Part shown: positions 25,819-29,281 of the stretch, in pieces
Numbering within the stretch: the stretch's first letter is position 1
Layout of the letters: every line of letters begins with the position of its first letter
Virus record (IMG/VR): IMGVR_UViG_3300020042_007467
Location: 1-29,281 of that record
Source of the DNA: a virus
Taxonomy: Duplodnaviria > Caudoviricetes
DNA length: 29,281 bases
Strand: one strand, 5' to 3'
Translations under genes and position numbers: made by a program
Notes under the pieces: generated by a model
Told to the model about the DNA's origin: nothing
Seen by the model: only the letters and a program-made list of their open reading frames with translations
Databases searched by the model: none

Positions 25819-25846
25819 TCACCTAAGCAAGTGTCAAAACTGCTTA
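25819..25846 (+). ncRNA. 28-nt pseudoknot element, copy 5
   Basis: TCAC-C-TAAGCA-A-GTGT-CAAAAC-TGCTTA. Confidence 0.7.
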
Positions 25847-25874
25847 CCACACACACAACTATAAGGAGATACAA

Positions 25875-26120
25875 ATGGCACACCTAGTAACACATTTAGT
25901 AATCACAGTAAGCCACACAACCGGGCAGGTTGCTTTTGACGGCGACGGCACGAGGGAATGGATTAGGCGCTTGTTTGATCCACAGACAACCACTTACGAT
26001 TATGATGAAGATCAAATGGTTGCAGTTTCATCGGAGATCGAACGAGCTGCGTTAGACAAGTTGATCGAATTGGGCATACTTGTAGACGGATTAGATTACG
26101 ACAATTGGCAGGAGAGATAA
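25875..26120 (+). CDS. Hypothetical early protein (81 aa)
   Basis: AAGGAGATACAAATG leader. Confidence 0.85.
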   Translation: MAHLVTHLVITVSHTTGQVAFDGDGTREWIRRLFDPQTTTYDYDEDQMVAVSSEIERAALDKLIELGILVDGLDYDNWQER

Positions 26121-26122
26121 CA

Positions 26123-26728
26123 ATGGAACAACCGCTTTACATTATGAAACTTAGCTTGACGGAACGCGTAGCCGTTTACCCGGATACGTCTACTTATTTG
26201 TTGGAAGACATTATTGGTGAGGAGTATGGCGTGATCGTGCTTGATGGGCCGCGAGGTCTTACTGCCGTTTATGGTGATACTCACCATTTGGAGGATGATA
26301 TCCGTAGGTTGGCAGATCGTTTTTATCGTGGCAGCTCTGGTTGGTGGGATAGGCGTAATAGGGCGATCCATATGTATCTCAACTTGTCTGGCTTTGATAG
26401 TGTGATCCACACTTTACAGGGCCACTCACAGGGGGATTGGGCGGAGGTTGTGCTATTCCATAAGCGCAATGTTGATTGGCACGTTGATGGATATAACATT
26501 CTTGATACTTTGCCATATGTCAATGCCTGGTTTGCGGGTGATATTTATTCGATCGTGCGCGAGAGCTTTGATACTTATGTGAACGCAACTGATCCTGATG
26601 ACACCATTACCCGGTGGAATGAGGTTGATGCGTTCCATTGCCAGATGATGTTGGACATTCGTGCGGAGCTGCCTAATCTGGCTGCGATCGAATTTGGTAT
26701 CCCTCGCGCGGATTGGGAGATCGTCTAA
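26123..26728 (+). CDS. Hypothetical protein (201 aa)
   Basis: Start placed at ATG 26123 after AGGAGAG; LQGHSQGDWAEV and AWFAGDIY motifs; followed by a terminator. Confidence 0.85.
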   Translation: MEQPLYIMKLSLTERVAVYPDTSTYLLEDIIGEEYGVIVLDGPRGLTAVYGDTHHLEDDIRRLADRFYRGSSGWWDRRNRAIHMYLNLSGFDSVIHTLQGHSQGDWAEVVLFHKRNVDWHVDGYNILDTLPYVNAWFAGDIYSIVRESFDTYVNATDPDDTITRWNEVDAFHCQMMLDIRAELPNLAAIEFGIPRADWEIV

Positions 26729-26747
26729 GCTGCAGCTTGATCAAGAG

Positions 26748-26776
26748 ATCCCTGGCCCTCCGGCCGGGGATTTTTT
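26748..26776 (+). terminator. Intrinsic terminator
   Basis: ATCCCTGGCC-CTCC-GGCCGGGGAT followed by a T-run. Confidence 0.85.
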
Positions 26777-26830
26777 GTTACCAAATTGTTATCAAATTGG
26801 CTTGATCCGCGAGCGTTTTTTTGTTAGAAT
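26777..26830 (+). promoter_or_regulatory. Promoter with GTTAC-N6-GTTAT box
   Basis: Box 26777-26792, 9 bp, TTGATC 26802-26807, 17 bp, (TGT)TAGAAT 26825-26830. Confidence 0.7.
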
Positions 26831-26852
26831 GGATTTGGTGCCTGATTTATTT

Positions 26853-26941
26853 TAGACTAAAAGTCTAGACCTTTGGTCTATTTGGCCGTTACCTAATCGT
26901 TATAATTGGAGCTTGCATTTTCATGCGATCTGTGAGAGAAT
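26853..26941 (+). promoter_or_regulatory. Composite promoter: two palindromes, GTTAC-N6-GTTAT, -35 and -10
   Basis: TAGACT-AAA-AGTCTA 26853-26867; TAGACC-TTT-GGTCTA 26866-26880; box 26888-26903; 9 bp; TTGCAT 26913-26918; 17 bp; (TGA)GAGAAT 26936-26941. Confidence 0.65.
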
Positions 26942-26961
26942 TGGTTTGATGCCCGGATCGG

Positions 26962-26980
26962 ATTAGACCAAAAGTCTAAT
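26962..26980. promoter_or_regulatory. Palindromic operator-like site between convergent promoters
   Basis: ATTAGAC-CAAAA-GTCTAAT flanked by direct repeats CCCGGATC at 26952 and 26982. Confidence 0.65.
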
Positions 26981-26986
26981 TCCCGG

Positions 26987-27040
26987 ATCTTACACTATGC
27001 AGCTGATCTTGTCAAGCGGTTTAGGTAACAAAATGGTAAC
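26987..27040 (-). promoter_or_regulatory. Minus-strand promoter TTGACA-17-TAAGAT with GTTAC-N6-GTTAC box
   Basis: Box 27040-27025, 9 bp, TTGACA 27015-27010, 17 bp, TAAGAT 26992-26987. Confidence 0.75.
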
Positions 27041-27189
27041 AATAAGTGAGGTCACCAGGCGGGCGTAGGCAGACTTTTAGAGGTGTCTGTGTATGATTAC
27101 CTATCCGAGGCATAAAAGCCGTCTACGAGGCGCAGGAGGCTTATTTGGATGATTTCGATCTGGCGCGAGATCGTAGCTTGAAACAGATC

Positions 27190-27253
27190 GTTACCAATCT
27201 GTTACATTTATTTTAGCTTTTTATTATGTTTGATCTAATAAGTGTGCTAAATT
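27190..27253 (+). promoter_or_regulatory. GTTAC-N6-GTTAC box and extended -10 (TG-C-TAAATT)
   Basis: Box 27190-27205; -10 at 27248-27253. The box is about one helical turn further upstream than in the other copies. Confidence 0.55.
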
Positions 27254-27297
27254 GAATATATTAGATAAACACATAACAGATAAGGAGATCTAATCAA

Positions 27298-27480
27298 ATG
27301 GCAATTTCATACCGCGTAACCAATCAAGGGGCATACGAATTGAGCTGCATAGTTACAGAACCAGGAACGCCGTTCGCTTTTTACGAACATTCACAATATT
27401 TTGGTTACACTAAAAAAGAGGCTACCCGGATGTTCAAAGAACATCTCGCGGCTAAGGGCTTGAAGATCGTGAGAGGCTAA
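27298..27480 (+). CDS. Hypothetical protein (60 aa)
   Basis: AAGGAGAT leader; YFGYTKKEATRMFK. Confidence 0.85.
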   Translation: MAISYRVTNQGAYELSCIVTEPGTPFAFYEHSQYFGYTKKEATRMFKEHLAAKGLKIVRG

Positions 27481-27483
27481 CTA

Positions 27484-27786
27484 ATGTTTGATTACGATAA
27501 AGCTTTGAATATTGCACAATTCGCAAAAGTTGAACCGATCCTCGATCTTGTGTCGTGGAGTGAAAATTATGGTTGGACTAATCCGTCTAATCCGTTGATT
27601 GCTTTTTATGCGATTGCACAGATCGAAGAATTTGAATTCGACATTCAACCGGGCGCGGTCTTTGGTTATGTTGAGATCGGTTTGATTGGGGCCGCGTTGG
27701 TCTGCTATGCAGATCGTCCTGATGATGTTACGCAATTCTTGACTAGGTTGCAGGAATGGGAAGATCAGGGGAGGGAGGATTTTTGA
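27484..27786 (+). CDS. Hypothetical protein (100 aa)
   Basis: GAGAGG SD, 3 nt after the previous stop. Confidence 0.85.
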   Translation: MFDYDKALNIAQFAKVEPILDLVSWSENYGWTNPSNPLIAFYAIAQIEEFEFDIQPGAVFGYVEIGLIGAALVCYADRPDDVTQFLTRLQEWEDQGREDF

Positions 27787-27807
27787 GCTGCGTTCTCTAC
27801 CTCTAAC

Positions 27808-27860
27808 ATATATACTATTATAATATATATATATATAATATATTATATAAGTATGTATAT
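27808..27860. repeat. Very AT-rich (TA)n tract
   Basis: ATATATACTATTATAATATATATATATATAATATATTATATAAGTATGTATAT inside a ~300-bp intergenic region. Confidence 0.85.
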
Positions 27861-28008
27861 GAGATCTTTACCCTTATACTCGAATATGATCGGTTTTGAT
27901 CTCTAAAATGATCCAAAAGTAATTGAATATGATTTTGGCAGCTCTTAGCCTGGATAATTGTGCTATGAGATCTGCAAAAAATTATAGTAGAATTATTTTG
28001 AAATAACA

Positions 28009-28037
28009 TAGCATAATAGCCAATATGGTGATATGCT
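28009..28037 (+). promoter_or_regulatory. Putative promoter TAGCAT-17-(TGA)TATGCT
   Basis: Upstream of the CACACA-N5-AAAGGAG leader of the 28089 gene. Confidence 0.5.
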
Positions 28038-28088
28038 TTTACATAGCACGAAAACATATTTGACCACACACTAACAAAGGAGATCTAA

Positions 28089-28696
28089 ATGACTACTAAA
28101 ATTCACCTAAATAAGAATGAGCTGCAAGCGGTTGCCTCAATGATAAATGTTACCGCGCCTAAGGATCACGTTACGGCTTTATCTATGGTTCAATTGACGG
28201 CTAATATTGACGGATCGCTTAGCCTGGTTGCTACTAATCGTATGGTGATCGGAGAGCAAACTTTTACGCCTCACTACCCGGTTGAGGTTGATGAACCGAT
28301 ACGATCTTGCTATCGCCTAACATTCTCAAAGCGTTCAAAGCCTCTAAGTTTGAGGGAACGATTATGATTTTTGAAGATCAAATTTCATTCTCTACTATTG
28401 GCAGCGCAACGATCACCGATAGTTTACCTAAGGATAAGTTTCCTGATGTGTCTGCCTATCTGCCTAGCGCAATAGATTTTGATATGATCAAGCCGTCTAC
28501 TGGGTTCAGTAGAGTGAACCTTGATCTGTTGGCACAAGTGTCTAAGTTGCGCGCGCCTAGTGATGATAGAACCGATAACCCGGTGTTTGATCTTTACACG
28601 CAAGAGATGACGGATACTGGTAAACCTAAACCGATTATTGTTACTCGTGCAGCTCGTTCACTTATGGCTGTTATTCAACCGATGTATGTAAAGTAG
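28089..28696 (+). pseudogene. Beta sliding-clamp-like protein split by a -1 frameshift
   Basis: LSLVATNRMVIG in the first ORF and KFPDVSAYLP...VMAVIQPM-like C-terminus (LMAVIQPM) in the second resemble DnaN motifs (LVATDxxRL, FPxxxxxIP, terminal MP). The second ORF has no SD and its frame opens at 28295. Confidence 0.55.
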
Positions 28697-28708
28697 AGGA
28701 GGAAATAA

Positions 28709-28936
28709 ATGACTACAACAACTTATGAGATCCGTAGAGCTGCATTCAAATTCCACGACACACCAGATACGATTGGGGTTGCTAATTTTGCGATTGGTTG
28801 CGTTCCCGAAGATCTGATCAACAATCCGGGTTTTGATGATGATATTTTTTATTATTGTGCAACGGAGGAAGAGTATGCTAATCTTTTCAATGAGAGCAAC
28901 AGTGAAGATTTTTATCTAATAAAGGAGGATAACTAA
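28709..28936 (+). CDS. Acidic hypothetical protein (75 aa)
   Basis: GAGGAGG SD; DDDIFYYC. Confidence 0.85.
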   Translation: MTTTTYEIRRAAFKFHDTPDTIGVANFAIGCVPEDLINNPGFDDDIFYYCATEEEYANLFNESNSEDFYLIKEDN

Positions 28937-28937
28937 T

Positions 28938-29141
28938 ATGAGTAAAGTAACTTTTAGGATCGATCTGGAGTATAACCAAAAGGATTTTGAATTTATGACA
29001 GGGCAAAGCTTTGATAGCGAGGCTAGTTTCCTAGAGGCCGCTGGTGAGTATGCGATCGAAGATCTTACTGCTCTTTGGCGCGAGTATAGTAGCGCAAAAG
29101 ATTTTAGTGAGATCATTATTAGCGAGGAGGATAGCGAATGA
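28938..29141 (+). CDS. Acidic hypothetical protein (67 aa)
   Basis: AAAGGAGG SD. Confidence 0.85.
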   Translation: MSKVTFRIDLEYNQKDFEFMTGQSFDSEASFLEAAGEYAIEDLTALWREYSSAKDFSEIIISEEDSE

Positions 29142-29281
29142 ACAACTTTACGAAATTCACTTATCACATTCAATTTGAACCACAGTATGATGAAACACCA
29201 GTGATCAGGGTTTATGAGAATTACCTGGATTTTGACGGAGAGCTGCACACCGATTTTGAGCAGATCGTTGATCGTTACGAA
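29138..29281 (+). CDS. Hypothetical protein (partial)
   Basis: GAGGAGG SD, ATGA overlap; MNNFTKFTYHIQFEPQYDETPVIRVYENY... open to the window end. Confidence 0.75.
   Translation, partial: MNNFTKFTYHIQFEPQYDETPVIRVYENYLDFDGELHTDFEQIVDRYE

Noticed and set aside
23287-25846. The 28-nt repeats as a CRISPR array
   Set aside because: Copies are hundreds of bases to over a kilobase apart, separated by whole genes, diverge in sequence, and no cas genes are present.
27060-27216. Tiny ORFs after GAGGTG/AGGAGG and an imperfect inverted repeat at 27064-27127
   Set aside because: ORFs are only about 10-23 codons in competing frames; the hairpin has mismatches and no second copy, so neither can be supported.
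22647-29248. Minus-strand ORFs in the early region (e.g. 24996..25373, 26096..26410, 28916..29248)
   Set aside because: Antisense to well-supported SD-led plus-strand genes, with no initiation signals of their own.
1-29281. tRNA genes, integrase, reverse transcriptase, introns, inteins or recoded stop codons
   Set aside because: No cloverleaf or catalytic motifs recognised; long genes are intact under the standard code and of ordinary size.

Overview
Part of a tailed siphovirus-type phage genome. The host is probably an actinobacterium, inferred from gene order, leaderless starts and promoter style. Positions 1-22535 are a minus-strand virion module: putative small terminase, large terminase, portal, protease/scaffold, capsid cement, major capsid, collagen-like fibre, head-tail genes, a duplicated-domain major tail protein, tail chaperones with a -1 frameshift, tape measure and minor tail proteins. 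After a strand switch at about 22560-22750 comes a plus-strand region of short early-type genes, many under 60 aa and missed by the ORF track. The non-coding DNA is the most interesting part. (i) A candidate ~79-nt sRNA after the major capsid gene has its own promoter and terminator; its anti-SD loop and UGUGUGUG linker are complementary to the CACACA(CA)...AAGGAG leaders of early genes. (ii) Five dispersed 28-nt H-type pseudoknots with covarying stems each sit just after a stop codon and before an early leader. (iii) GTTAC-N6-GTTAY direct repeats lie at a fixed distance from -35 boxes, alongside TAGACY-N3-RGTCTA palindromes and a face-to-face promoter pair. No tRNA, CRISPR, integrase or lysin was recognised. 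All calls come from reading the sequence; no database search was run.
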